From positions 154,442,001 to 154,506,000 of the forward strand of contig CM059431.1 of NCBI GenBank assembly GCA_030390025.1: 64,000 nt of DNA, written 5' to 3'. Below, piece by piece: positions 1 through 12,673 of the stretch. Position 1 is the stretch's first letter, and each line of letters begins with the position of its first letter. This DNA comes from Squalus acanthias. Taxonomy: Eukaryota. The notes beneath the pieces are model-generated. The model did not search any database. It was not told the origin of the DNA and saw nothing but the letters and a program-made list of their open reading frames with translations. The translations under genes and the position numbers were made by a program.

Positions 1-3000
1 TGTCATCTGCGAACTTTCTGATGATACCTCAGACATTCATATCTAAATCATTGATGTACACTACAAACAGCAAAGGACAAAGCACCGATCCCTGCGGTAC
101 ACCACTGGACACAGGCTTCCAGTCACAAAAACAAACTTCGACCATCAACCTCTGCCTGCTGCCACTAAGCCAATGTTGGATCCAATGTGCCAAGTTGCCA
201 TGGATCCCATGGGCTATTACCTTCTTGACCAGTCTCCCATGCGGAACTGTGTCAAAAGCCTTACTGAAGTCCATCTAGCCACATCAACTGCACTACCCTC
301 ATCCACACACATAGTCACCCCCTCGAACAATTTAATCAAATTGGTCAGACATCATATCCCCGTGACAAAGCCATGCTGACTATCCTTGATTATTCCTTGC
401 CTCTCCAAGTGGAGACTAATTCTGTTCCTCAGAACTTTTTCCAATAATTTCCCTACAGCTGATGTAAGGCTCACTATTCTATAATTCCCTTGTTTATCCC
501 TACGACCCTTCTTGAATAATGGTACTACGTTAGCTGTTCTCCAGTCCTCTGGCACCTCCCCTGTGGCCAGGGAGGTTCAGAAAATATATGTCATAGCCCC
601 TGCAATCTCATCCCTTGCCTCACACAGCAGCCTGTGGTACATCTCGTCTGGGCCCGGGGATTTATCCACTTTTAAGGCCGCTAAAACCGCTAGTACCTCC
701 TCCCTCTTAATACTAATTTGTTCAAGTATATCACAATGCCCCGGTCTGATTTATATGCCTACATCGTCCTTCTCCATAGTGAACACAGATGCAAAATATT
801 CATTTAAAATCTCACCCCAATCCTCTGGCTCGACACACGTTGCCACTTTGGTCCCTAATGGGCCCTACTCTTTCCCTGGTTATCCACTTGCCCTTAATAT
901 ACATATAAAACATCTTAGGATTTTCCTTTATTTTGCCCGAAAATGTTATTTCATGCCCCCGCTTCGCTCTCCTAATTTCTTTTCTCAGTACCCCATGGAA
1001 CTTTCTATATTCCTTTAGGGCTTCCACTGTTTTTAGTCCTTTGTATCTGTCAAAAGACTCCCTTTTTTCCGACTCCATTCTCGTATACCACTTGACATCC
1101 ACGGTTCTCTTTACTTGTTGTTCCCACCCTTGACCTTTACATGAAAATGTTGCCGCTGTACTCTCTCGATATGCTTTCTGAAAGACTCCCACTGCTCTGA
1201 TGTGGATTTTCCTATAAGTAGCTGATCCCAGTCCACTTTGGCCAGATCATGCCTTGTCATATTAAAATCGGCCTTCCCCCAATTTAATACCTTTATTTCC
1301 GGTCCATCTTTGTCCTTTTCCATGACGACCTTAAATCTCACCGAATTATGGTCACTGTCACCAACATGCGCTCCTACCATCACTTCTACCACTTGCGCGG
1401 CTAAATTCCAGAATTATGTCCAGTACCGCACCCTCTCTTGTAGGACTTTCTACATGCTGGCTCAAAAAGCTCTCCTGGATGCACTTTAAGAATTCCGCAC
1501 CCTCTAAGCCTTTCACACTCTGACTATCCCAGTTTATATTGGGGAAGTTGAAATCCCCTACTATTATTAGCCTATTATTTCAACACTTCTCTGTGATTTG
1601 CCTACATATCTGTTTCTCTATCTCCCCTTGACTGTTTGGGGGCGTATGGTACACTCGCAGCAAAGTGCTTGCCCCCTTTTTGTTTTTAGTTCTACCCATA
1701 TGGCCTCATTAGAGGAACCTGCTAAGATATCATCCTTCCTTGCAGCAGTAATTGAATCCTTGATTAATATTGCGATACCCCCTCCTATCTTTTACACCCC
1801 CCTCTGTCTCGCCTGAAGATTCTATACCCCGGAATATTGTGCTGCCAGTCATGCCCCTCCCTCAACCATGTCTCTGTGTAGCAACAGTGTCGTACTCCCA
1901 TGTGTTCATCAACACCTTCAATTCATCTACCTGACTCGCAAGACTACTTGCATTTAAATAAATGCCATCCAGCCTTGCCATCCACCCCTGCGCCGTTACA
2001 TATTTGCTCTGCCTGTCAGGCTGACTTGTTTTTTCTCTATAGTTGGCTGTGCATCACCCCCTACTATCCTTCCACTCCGTATCCCATCCCCCTGCCAAGT
2101 TAGTTTTAAACCCCCAAAACAATATTGGAAATCTCCCCGCAAGGATGTTGGTCCCGTTCCAATTCAGGTGCAACCCGTCCGACTTCAACAGGTCCCACCT
2201 TCCCCAGAAGCAGACCCAGTGATCCAGGAAACTAAACACCTCCCTCGTGCACCAACTCTTTAGTCACGCATTCATCTGCTCTATCCTCCTATTCTTATAC
2301 TCACTAGCACGTGGCACCGGGAGTAATCCAGAGAAGACTACCTTTGAGGTCCTGCTTTTTAATCTGCTACCTAGCTCACTAAATTATTTTTTGCAGGACC
2401 TCATCCCTCTTTCTACCCATGTCGTTGGTACCAATGTGAACCAGGACCACAGATTGTTCGCCTTCCCCCTTCAGAATGCCCTGCAGCCGTTCAGTGACAT
2501 CCTTGAACCTGGCACCAGTGAGGCAACTTACTATCCTGGAGTCACGTCTGTGGCCACAGAAACGTCTATCTGTTCCCCTTACGATAGAATTCCCTATCAC
2601 TATTGCTCTCCCAGTCTTTTTCCTCCCCTCCTGTGCAGCTGAGCCACTCGTAGTGCCACGGACTTGGCTCTTGCTGCATTCCCCTGTGAAACCATCTCCC
2701 CCATCAGTATCCAAAACGGAAAATCTGTCGGGGAGTGAAATGGACCCAGCGGACTTCTGCACTACCTTCCTAGTTCTTTTACTCTGTCTGATAGTCACCC
2801 ATTCCCTACCTGCCTGTGCACTCTTTAACTGCGGTGTGACCACCTTGTTAAACGTGCTATCCACGAAGATCTCAGCTTCGCGGATTCTCCACAGTGACTC
2901 CAGCCGCTGCTCCAGCTCCGAAACGCGGATTTCGAGAAGCTACAGCTGGAGACACTTCATGCACATATTTTCGCCCTGGAAACCTAAAGTGTACCTGCCT

Positions 3001-3028
3001 TCGAACATAGCAGGAGGAGCACTCCACG
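1..3028 (-). mobile_element. CR1-clade LINE, decayed (ORF1 esterase region, APE endonuclease, part of RT); runs off the window start
   Basis: Minus-strand ORF pieces: MDFSKAFDTVPH...[13 protein letters not shown] (RT), PEDWRTANVVPLFKKG, GDSDHN (APE C-terminus) and AIVIGNSIVRG...VHIGTND (SGNH-type ORF1); many stops and frameshifts. Confidence 0.95.
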
Positions 3029-3269
3029 CTATTTAGACAGAGAGTATTATGTGCAAACCAACGATATAAGCAGTATATTACGCTGTACTGGTTTAACTTC
3101 AGTAGACAATCTGAAATTAATGTCCTGTGGCAGTGATTTGCAATACTCCTCTTAGATATCTCTGTTAAATTAATTTTTCATAAATTGTCAATGCATGCAT
3201 TCATAATAAGAGAACAGTAACTCATGGACGAAGCGTGATTTTTTAATAGCAGCCTTCTGTGCCCAAGAG

Positions 3270-3570
3270 TCGACAGCTGCTTCATCAATGACCTTCCTTC
3301 AAAAAGTCAGAGTTGGGGCTATACGCTAATGTTCGCACAATGTTTAGTTCCGTTCGTAGTTCCTCAGAAAATGAAGCAGTCCATGCCCGCACGCAGCATG
3401 AACCGGACAACATCGAGGTTTGGTGCGAGAAGTGAAAGGTAACATTTATGCCGTGTAAGTTTCAGGTGCTGGCCACTTGCAACTAGAGAAAGTCTAACCC
3501 ATTACCATAGACATTCAATGGCTTTACCACCGGCGTTCTACCACCAAGAGTGTCCTGGTGATCATCAGTA
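3270..3570 (+). mobile_element. Old LINE RT fragment (CR1/L2 group); homologous copies at ~12970-13265 and ~25230-25525
   Basis: Degenerate FSCFINDLP...FADDCT...QQDLDNIQAWADKWQVTF-like reading, present in all three C blocks. Confidence 0.7.
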
Positions 3571-5519
3571 AAACGAGCTCTGAGAATTTAAAGCCAAACC
3601 TCTTACAGTTAACGTTATTCCAGTAGCCAAGCCCGTCGAAATGAGTAATTGAATAAGACAAAAAATGCAGCGCAAGCAACACACATCATCATTATAGTCC
3701 AATGGACAATCAGGTGCTTAAACAAAACTGTTATAATCACATAATTCAAATCTCATGTGAATAAGTTAACTGACACATACGAACTGAACAGTATGACATT
3801 TCCTACGATCACGGCCGAGATGCTCTACCCATTCTCCATCAAAACGGTCCTGCGTTTCGAAATATATTGAGCCTTTTCCGGTGGCGCGGACTGAACAATT
3901 TCTGCTGAACATCTCCAATTGGTTTCTTCCAATCTACTTCTTGCTAAGTCCCACCCCTACCTCGGCCCAAAACTCAGGGACATAAACACACCTATCCTCT
4001 CCCGAGACCACATCCTCTCACATCAGGAATGCCATAATGTCGCATTTCATAAAATAACCCTAGTCTAATCTATGATGTGTATCTGCTCCATTCCTCCAAT
4101 GGGTCCTCACTTATGTAACACAAATGTAAAGAGACATAGTACTGTGAATAAAGCTGGGAAGTTCAAGGTACAATTTGTCTGAGGGTATGATAAAACGATT
4201 TGATAAACGTGGATTATATAAGGGCATGATTGGGAGATGAATTGTGCTATGTTAACTGAAGATCATGGTAACTTAAGTTGTATGCAAATAGGGAACATTA
4301 ATTAATAACAGTTTCGTTTGCAGAATTGGATCTGCAGGAATGAGATAAGGAATGATTCAAAATAGAAATCTATAAGTTTGCGGTAACACCATCATATCAT
4401 AACTCTTTGTTATAAGGCATTCGTTGTCGTTCACAAAATAATGGAAAAGTGATGGAAGAAGAGTTATGTAGACAAATTGGAGATAATGCAGCAATAACAG
4501 TAAAAGTGATTGGTGACTGTAAATATTCAAAGTGCAGAAGTAACCTAAGTGGGGAAGGGAGGCCATGGTGTCTGAAGCTTGTCCAGGACATTATTCAGCT
4601 TGCTACAATTTTGGACGACAAGAAAGGATTGAGCATATAATCTATTTCTAGAAATGGGCAGGGGCTAGTCGTTGAGGTAAGGGTAGTGAAACATCTACCA
4701 ATGTTACCGTTTATATGTTCATATGTTAGTATTCATATGAATTATAAAATGTTTCGTTACAATCAAAACAATAAATATGTGAAAGGAATAAATCTAATTT
4801 CAACGAGGCTAACATTCCCATACAGGATACACAAATCACACGGGAATGAAAGTAGTGCAGGGCAGACAAGAATTACTTGGGCATGCAGAGAAAATGAAAT
4901 AAACAATAGATTTAAAATTGAATGCAGGAGTGTAGGGCTAGTTATATAAAGCAAATGAATGAAGCCTGGGTAATATAGTGAACATTTAATAGATGAATGT
5001 GTGGCCGGTGACACAGTTCGAGACAATGATCATACTCCCTATACACATTTAGAAAAAAAGTTACACAAGAAAAGAGCTGTGTAGAGATGAAATGGGAATG
5101 GTTCATATAGAGGACGAGGGATTCACTGAAAAGCTTGTGGTACTGTTTCGATGAACTAACGTGATACTTGGAATGAATGAAAAACTCATTGAAGTCAATG
5201 GAAAATAAAGTCAGACGAGATTAAAACTGGGCTGCCAATTCGCTTCAGTGCGTTTGACCCAATTGGCAAAAACTGGCCAACACATTGTGACCCCTTCTTT
5301 ATGGTTGTCAATTTGTGCAATTTGAGTATGTAAAAAACTATCTGTGAGCTTTCAAAAATATTAAGGTCCTTAATTACCAATAATTTTTGGTTTTGATCGT
5401 ATCCTATACCTGTAACCGTAGCTTTGTGCTTTGATTTTGCACTTTACCCTTTTCCGACAATCAGTTGCTGGTTATAATGAGAGAAGGTCCAGTCGCCCTG
5501 GGTGTCTCAAAGCTGCTCC

Positions 5520-5850
5520 TTTCTAAGTCTGTTAACTCTTCCAAACCTACAACCTGTCGAAATCCAGGATCTGGCCCAATTCTTACCTCTTGTGCATCCC
5601 CATTTTCTTCGTTCCACCGTTGATGGCCTTTCCTTAAGCGGTTTAGAACCTAAGCTCTGGAATTCCCTCCCGAAAGCAACATGAATCTCTAACTCTCTCT
5701 TTTCTAAGACTCTCTTTAAATCTACTCTGTGACCAAGATTTGGTCACCTGTCCTAATATCTTCCTCTGATGCTTGGTGTTACATTTTGTTTCATAACACT
5801 CGCTTTGCAACGCTTTTGGACAATTTACTAAGCTAGGTCTTGCTGTTTCT
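5520..5850 (+). mobile_element. L2-type LINE 3' end fragment; copy at ~18960-19290
   Basis: Sequence cctaagctctggaattccctccc...taagactctctttaaatctactctgtgacc resembles an L2 ORF2 C-terminus and 3' UTR. Confidence 0.6.
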
Positions 5851-6098
5851 ACATAATTCTCATTGCAGGCACTCCTACTGTCTGCCTAATGGCTTAGCGT
5901 TCTTTTTTTTGCTGAGGGAATCTGGGCGTCGCTGGCAAGGACAGCATTTATTCCTCATCCCTTAATAGTTTTCTGCATTAACTCCCGATTCTGAGCGTTT
6001 CTTCACTCTTTTCAGGAAAGCTAGAAATAGAGAGACGTTTCTTATCCGAGTTTGTAAATTTCTTCTCTATATATGATTGCAACATACATTCTTGTTAG

Positions 6099-6297
6099 GA
6101 AATCGGAACCCTAGCTGAATGTCACCGCAGAAGAGATGCTTCCCAAATCATTTTCGATACCGTGCTGGAAAAGGGAGCTCGGGGAGGAAGAAAAATGTGG
6201 AACATATTGCTTCAACTGCAGAACACCAAACCCAAGCTGAAAATGACATTGTCAGAGATACAGAACAGCTGTACAGAGGGAAAAAGTGATCTAGAAG
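6099..6297 (+). pseudogene. NLR gene 1, N-terminal death-fold/CARD-like exon A1 (second half of the domain); open frame
   Basis: ttgttag acceptor and G|gttagt donor; 199 nt, phase 0 to 1; EIGTLAECHRRRDASQIIFDTVLEKGARGGRKMWNILLQLQNTKPKLKMTLSEIQ resembles the N-terminal domain of shark NLRs as I recall it. Confidence 0.75.
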
Positions 6298-6359
6298 GTT
6301 AGTGGCATCGAAATCTAAATTTCCCTTTGATTAACAAAGTTTTATTTAAGTTGAAACAT

Positions 6360-6750
6360 ATTTTTAATTCCTTTATTGGATGTGGGCGTCGCTGGCAAGG
6401 CCAGCATTTATTGCCCATCCCTAGTTGCCCTTGAGGACGTGGTGGTTAGCCGCTTTCATGTAACGCTGCAGTCCATGTCGCAAAGGTACTCCCACAACCC
6501 TGTTGGCGAGGGAGTGCCAAGAGTTTGACAAAGCGACAATGAAGGAATGGCGACATACTTTCAAGCAATGATGGTTTGTGACTTGGAGTGGGCCTTGGAA
6601 GTGGGTGTGCTCCCTTGCGTCTCCTGCGCTTGTCCTTCTAGATGGAAAGGTCGCCGGTTTGGGAGTACTGCCGAAGAAGCCTTGACGATTGCCGCAGTGC
6701 ATCTTGTAGATGGTCCACTCTGCAGCGACGATGTGGCAGTGAGGAAGGGA
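6360..6750 (-). mobile_element. 3' end of a common shark CR1/L2-group LINE; copy at ~19800-20195
   Basis: Tail gatgtgggcgtcgctggcaaggccagcatttattgcccatcc plus C-terminal coding remnant (TIYKMHC). Confidence 0.7.
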
Positions 6751-8453
6751 CTCAATGCTACCAATTTGTACAGGCTTGTATGAATTTTAAACTCGATTCC
6801 TCAAACGACGTTTGGCACTGTCCGTTATAAATTAGAGCTTGGACAGAGCTCCACTACTCCTATGCAAATTCACCTTTTTGTTCCACGGATCCGTGATGCC
6901 CTCATTAACGGACCTACTTTGATTCCTTAAACCTCATTTATCATTTGTGAAAGTCTCATACTCATCCTCAAATCTCTCGCCTATCTTATCTATACAGTCA
7001 TCTTCACATCCCCTCTTTTGCACTCCAGTCCCTCCTCTCCCCTGCTGTGCTCTCCAGTGTACCAGTTCATCAGCTCCTGACTCCAGACATAGAACTGATC
7101 CATACCGACTGGAATTCAGTTCCTATGAGCTTGAATCTCTGTACATCTTACTTATTTTAAACAGCGAGCACATGCAGCAAGGCCTTGGACATTTCTCTTA
7201 ACTCCAGCAGAACAGTCTACGTTAATTCTGAATACCACCTCTGTAACATAGAAACATAGAAGATAGGAGCAGGAGTAGGCCATTCGGCCCCTCGAGCCTG
7301 CTCAGCCATTTAATGAGATCATGGCTGATCATCCAAACTCAGTACCCTCTACCTGCCTTCACCCCTTATCCCTTGATACCTTTAGCTTTAAGAGATATAT
7401 ATCACTCACTCTTGAATATATTTTTTGACTTGACCTCAACTACCTTCTGTGGTAGAGAATTCCAAAGGTTCACCACCCTCTGGGTGAAGAAATTCTTCCT
7501 CATTTCTGTCCTAAATGACTTACCCCTTATCCTTAGATTATGATCCCATGTACATTAACCTCCGAACATCGAGAACATTCTTCCTGCATCTAGTTTGTCC
7601 AGACCTGTCAGAATTTGATATGTTTCGATGAGAGCCCCCCTCATTCTTCTATACTCCAGCGATTATAAGTCCAATCGACCCAATCTCTCCTCATATGTCA
7701 TTCCTGCCATCCCAGGTATCAGCCTTGTGAATATTCGCTTAAGTCCTTCCTTGGCAAGAACATCTTTCCTCAGATAAGGCGACCAACACTGCACACAGTA
7801 CTCAAGATGTGGTCTCACCAAGGCCCTGTACAACTGCAGCAGGACATCCCTGTTCATATACTCAAACCCTGTCGCTATGAAAGCCAACATAACATTTTCC
7901 TTCTTCACCGCCTGCTGCATCTGCATGCTTACCTTCAGCGAATGGTGCACAAGGACACCGAGGTCTCGTTGCACTTCCCCTTCTCCCAATCTATTGCCCT
8001 TCAGATAATAGTCTGCCTTTCTGTTTTTGGCACCAAAGTGGATAACCTCGCATTTATCCACAATATGTTGCATCTGCCACGCTTCTGCCCACTCTCCCAA
8101 CCTGTCCAAATCATCCTGGAGTTTCTCGGTATCATCCTCGCAGCACACACGCACACCCAGCTTTGTGCCATCTGCAAACTTGGAGATATTACATTTAGTT
8201 CCCTTATCTAGTTCATTAATGTATATTGTGAATAGCTGGGGGCTAAGGACCGATCCCTGCGGTACCCCACTAGGCACTGCCTGCCACTCGGAAAAAGACC
8301 CATTAATTCCTACTCTCTGCTTTCTGTCCGCCAACCAGTTCTCTATGCACGTCAATACCTTGCCCCCAATCCCAAGTGCCTTAACTTTACACGCTATTCT
8401 CTTATGCGGGACCTTACAGAAAGCCTTTTGAAAGTCCAAATACACCACATCTA

Positions 8454-8781
8454 GGTCGCGCAACACGTTGGAATAGTGGTTATCACTGTTGCCTCACAAC
8501 GCCAGGGACCCGGGTTCGAATCCTGCTTCGGATGACTATCTGTCTGGAGTTCGCACATTCTCTCCGTCTCTGCGTGGGTTTTCTCCGGGTGCTTCGGTTT
8601 CCTCCCACAGTTCAAAGATGTGCCGGTTAGGTTGATTTGGCTATGATAACAGAAAATTGACCCTTAGTGTTAGGGGGATTAAGTACGTGGGGTTACGGGG
8701 GTAGGGAGGGATATGTGTCGGTGCAGGTTTGATGGGCAGAAATGGCCTCTATCTGCACTGTGGGGATTCTGTGAGTCTGTG
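8454..8781 (+). mobile_element. tRNA-derived V-SINE (HE1-like) inserted into the CR1 RT region
   Basis: A-box-like start, B-box gggttcgaatcc, V-domain tgcgtgggttttctccgggtgcttcggtttcctcccacag, CR1-like tail; TSD atcta at 8449-8453 and 8782-8786. Confidence 0.9.
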
Positions 8782-9619
8782 ATCTACTGGTGCTCCCTTA
8801 TCTATTTTCCCAGTTACATCCTCCAAAAAATTCCAGTAGATTCCAGCAAGATTAACCTTTTGTAAATCCATGTTTACTTTGTCCGATCCTGTCACTGTTT
8901 TTCAAGTGCTCAGCTATTACATCCTTTATAATGGACTCCAGCATTTTTCCCACTACCAATGTAAGGCTTACCGGTTTGTAATTCCCTGCTTTCTCTCTAC
9001 CACCCTTTTTGAACAGTGGGGTAACATTAGCTACCCTCCAATTGATGGGTACAGTTCCAGATTCCATCGAATGTTGGAAGATGATCAGCAATGCATCTAC
9101 TATTTCTCGGGCCACTTCCTTAAGTACATTAGGAAGTAGATTATCAGGCCCTGGGGATTTATCAGCCTTCAATCCCGTCAATTTCCCGAACACCATTTCC
9201 CTGCAAATACTGATTTCTTTCAGTTCCTCCCTTTCATCAGACCCTATGTTCTCCAACATCTCTGGGAGGTTATTTATGTCCTCCTTTGTGAAGACTGAAC
9301 CAAAATATGCAATTAATTGGTCTGCCATTTCATTGTTCCCCATTATAAACTCCCCTGCTTCTGACTGCAAGGGACCTCCACTTGATTTCACTAATCTTTT
9401 TTTCTTCACTTATCTATAAAAGCTCTTAGAGTCAGTTTTTATGTTCCTTGCAAGCTTACTTTCATATTCTATTTTCCCCTTCTTAATGAATCCCTTTGTC
9501 CCCCTTTGTTGCATCCTATACTGCTCCCAATCCTCAGGGTTACCGCTTTTTCTGGCCAATTTATATGCACTCTCCTTGGATCTTATTCTATCTCTAATTT
9601 CCCTTGTTAGCCACGGTTA

Positions 9620-9905
9620 AGAAACATAGAAACATAGAATCTAGGAGCAGGAGTAGGCCATTCGGCCCGTCGAGCCTGCTCCGCCATTCAATACGATCAT
9701 GGCTGATCATCCAAATCCAGTACCCTGTCCCTGCTTTAATCCCCACAGTACACATATCCCACCCTACCCCCGTAACCCCACGTATTTAATTCCCCCTAAC
9801 ATATCCCATCCTATCCCCATAACCCCACATATTTAATCCCCCCTAACACTAAGGGTCAATTTATCATAGCCAAATCAACCTAACCCACACATTTTTCGAC
9901 TTTTT
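9620..9905 (-). mobile_element. 5'-truncated V-SINE body fused to a CR1 3' tail, inserted in CR1 ORF2
   Basis: 9740-9905 is antisense to the SINE 3' half at 8610-8770; 9620-9735 matches the CR1 tail at 7246-7350. Confidence 0.8.
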
Positions 9906-11970
9906 GGAACAAACTTTTTGTTTTATTCTTATGCCACACTGGGATGAACCAATTCTGTAGTTCATCCATGCAGTCTTTGAATGATTGCCATTGCCTATCC
10001 TCCGTTAACCCTTTGAGTGACATTCCCCAATCAATCCTACCCAATTCACGCCTCATGCCATCTTAGTTTCCTTTATGTAAATTCAGGACTCTAGTCTCTG
10101 ATTCAACTACTTCACTCTCCATCCGAATGAATAATTCTATCATATTATGATCACTCTGACACAAGGGGCCTCGTACAACAAGATTGCTAATTAATCCCTT
10201 CTCGTTACATAATACTCAGCCTAAGATGGCCTGATCTCTGGTTGGTTCCTCGACTTATTGTTCCAGAAAACCATCCCGTAAACATTCTCGGAATTCCTCC
10301 TCCACATTATTTTTACTAATTTGGTTAGACCAATCTATATGTAAATTAAAGTCACCCATGATGACTGTTGTGCCCTTACTGCATGCTTCTCTAATTTCCC
10401 TTTTAATGCCGTCCCCAAACTCCGTATTACTGTTTGGAGGTCTATATACCACTCCCACTAACCCCTTGTTATTTCTCAGTTCTTCCCATACAGATTCTGC
10501 ATCATCGGAGCTAATATCCTTCCTTTCAATTGTGTTAATCCCCTCTTTAGCGCGCAATGCTACCCCACCTCCCTTTCATTTTTGCCTATCTTTCCTAAAT
10601 ATTGGATACCCCTGGATATTGAGTTCCCAGCCTTGGCCACCCTGGAGCCAAGTTTCTGTAATTCCAATCAAATCGTATTCATTTACCTCTATTTGCGCAG
10701 CTAATTCATCCACCTTGTTCCGAATACTCCTTGCATTAAGACACAAAGCCTTCAGGCTTGTTTTTTTTAACGCACTCAGACCTATATGAATTATTATTTA
10801 CTGTAAAAATGTTTGATTTAAACCGGTGAGTTCTTTGCCTTCTACTTTTGTTTTTCTGTTTCCTGTCTTTTGCTTTTAGCCTTGTTTCCCTTTCCTCTGT
10901 CTCCCTGCTCAGGTTCCCAAACCCCTGCCACTTTAGTTTAAACCCTCCACAACAGCACTAGCAAACACTACCCCTGGGACATCGGTACCGGCCCCGACCA
11001 GGTGCAGACCGCCCGTTTGTACTGGACCCACCTCCACCAGAACTGGTTAAAATGTGCAAGGAATTTGAATCCCTCCCCCTTGCACCATTCCTCTCGCCAC
11101 GTATTCATTTGAAATATCCTCCTATTTGTACTCTGACTGGAACGTGGCACTGGTAGCAATCCTGAGATTACTACCTTTGAGGTGTTATATTTTAATTTAC
11201 CTCCTAACTCCCTATATTCTGCTTTTAGGACTTAATTCCGTTGTTTTAGCTATATCGTTGATGCCTATGTGTACCACGACAACTGGCTGTTCGCCCTCCC
11301 ACTCCAAAATGCTTTGTTGCTGCTCCGAGACTTCCTTGACCCTTGCACCAGGGATGCAACACGCCTTCCTGGAGTCTCGTTTGCGGCCGCAGAAACGCCT
11401 ATATATTCCCCTTACAATTGAGTCCCCTATCACTATAGCTCTTGCACACTTTTTCCTCCCAGCCTGTGCAGCAGAGCCACCCATGGTGCCAGGACGTTGG
11501 CTGCTGCTGCCTTCCCCTGATAAGTCATCCCCCCAACAGTTTCCAAAGTGGTATATCTGTTTGAGAGGGGGATGGTCACAGGGGACCCTTGCACTACCTG
11601 CCTGGACCTCTTACTCTGCCTGGTGATCAACCATCCACTTCCTGCCTGTACACCCTTTACCTGCGGTGTGACCAACTCGCTAAACGTGCGATCCACGACG
11701 TTCTCAGCGTTGCGAATGCTCCAATATGCATCCATCCGCATCTCCAGCGCCGCAATGCAGTCTATCAGTAGCTGCAGCTGGATACGATTCCCACACACAT
11801 GGTCGTCAGGGACACAGGAAGCTTCCCTGATTTCCCACATATTGCAGGAGGAGCATATCACGGGGCGGAGCTCTCCTTCCATGACTTACCGTTTAATTAA
11901 TTAATTAAAATTAAATTAAATTAATTCCACTAATTTAACCTCAATTAAATGATATACTCAAGGGCCCTTT

Positions 11971-12368
11971 CCCGACACTGGCCTCTGTAAAAAGCCCACG
12001 AAAGTGAGTTTAAATACTCACTGTGCTGCTGCTCTCTCCGCTACCGACACTGGCCTCTGTAAAAAAGCCCGCGAAAGTTAGTTTAACTACTCACTGTGCT
12101 GCTGCTCTCGCCGCTCCCGACACTGGCCTCTGGAAAAAAGCCCGCCAAAGTGAGTTTAAATACTCAGTGTGCTGCTGCTCTCTCCGCTCCTGACACCGGC
12201 CTCTGGAAATAAAACCAGGAAAGTGAGTTTAAATACTCACCGCGCTGCTGCTCTCTCCGCTCCTGAAACTGGCCTCTGGAAAAAAGCCCGCGAAAGTGAG
12301 TTTAAATAATTACTGTGCTGCTGCTCTCTCCGCTCCCGACACTGGCCTCTGTAAAAAAAAAAGCCAGC
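11971..12368 (-). repeat. ~72-73-bp tandem monomers (about 5.5 copies) in the CR1 5' UTR
   Basis: Repeated ccgacactggcctctg(t/g)aaaaaagcccgcgaaagtgagtttaaatactcactgtgctgctgctctctccgct. Confidence 0.95.
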
Positions 12369-12503
12369 GAAAGGCACCACTCACAGTGTTTACTGCTTGA
12401 AAGAGTCCCGAAAGAACTTCTGTCGCGACAGCAGTTAGTTCAGAGTATTCACTGTTTCATAGAGGGCATTTATGTAAATATGTTCTTATTTATACCTTCA
12501 AAG

Positions 12504-12673
12504 AAAATGCAGTTACTGAAATATTACCAACGTTGGTGTCCTACACGGATTTCTAGCTGCGCAGAGTTATCGTTTGCAACCGTCAGAGACTAGAACAGTC
12601 AATTGAAGAGGTAGTGGAGACCGTTAGTGAATCGCTTGTAGATGCAAACGTGATCACTGAAACAAATCATTAG
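12504..12673 (+). pseudogene. NLR gene 1, death-fold-like exon B1 (first half of the domain); in-frame stop and lost donor
   Basis: NAVTEILPTLVSYTDF*LRRVIVCNRQRLEQSIEEVVETVSESLVDANVITETNH; 170 nt, phase 1 to 0; TAG|ttatgt where B2 has AAG|gtaagt. Confidence 0.72.

Larger units (their letters stand above)
7246..12370 (-). mobile_element. Apparently full-length CR1 LINE, decayed, with tandem-repeat 5' UTR and two SINE-derived insertions
   Basis: 3' (tctatgtt)n tail at 7246; RT ORF 7663-8466; APE pieces 10255-10557; ORF1 MEGELRPVICSSCNMW at 11882; empty homologous site at ~20685. Confidence 0.95.

Noticed and set aside
21-3036. Plus-strand ORFs opposite CR1 (also 7807-8431, 16756-17916, 21164-25074)
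   Set aside because: Antisense shadows of CR1 ORF1/ORF2 with no independent coding signal
6270-6276. Alternative donor T|gtacag for exon A1
   Set aside because: It would create TAA on joining exon B; G|gttagt at 6297 is a better donor and keeps the frame
8454-8540. Functional tRNA gene
   Set aside because: It is the tRNA-derived head of a SINE with V-domain, tail and TSD
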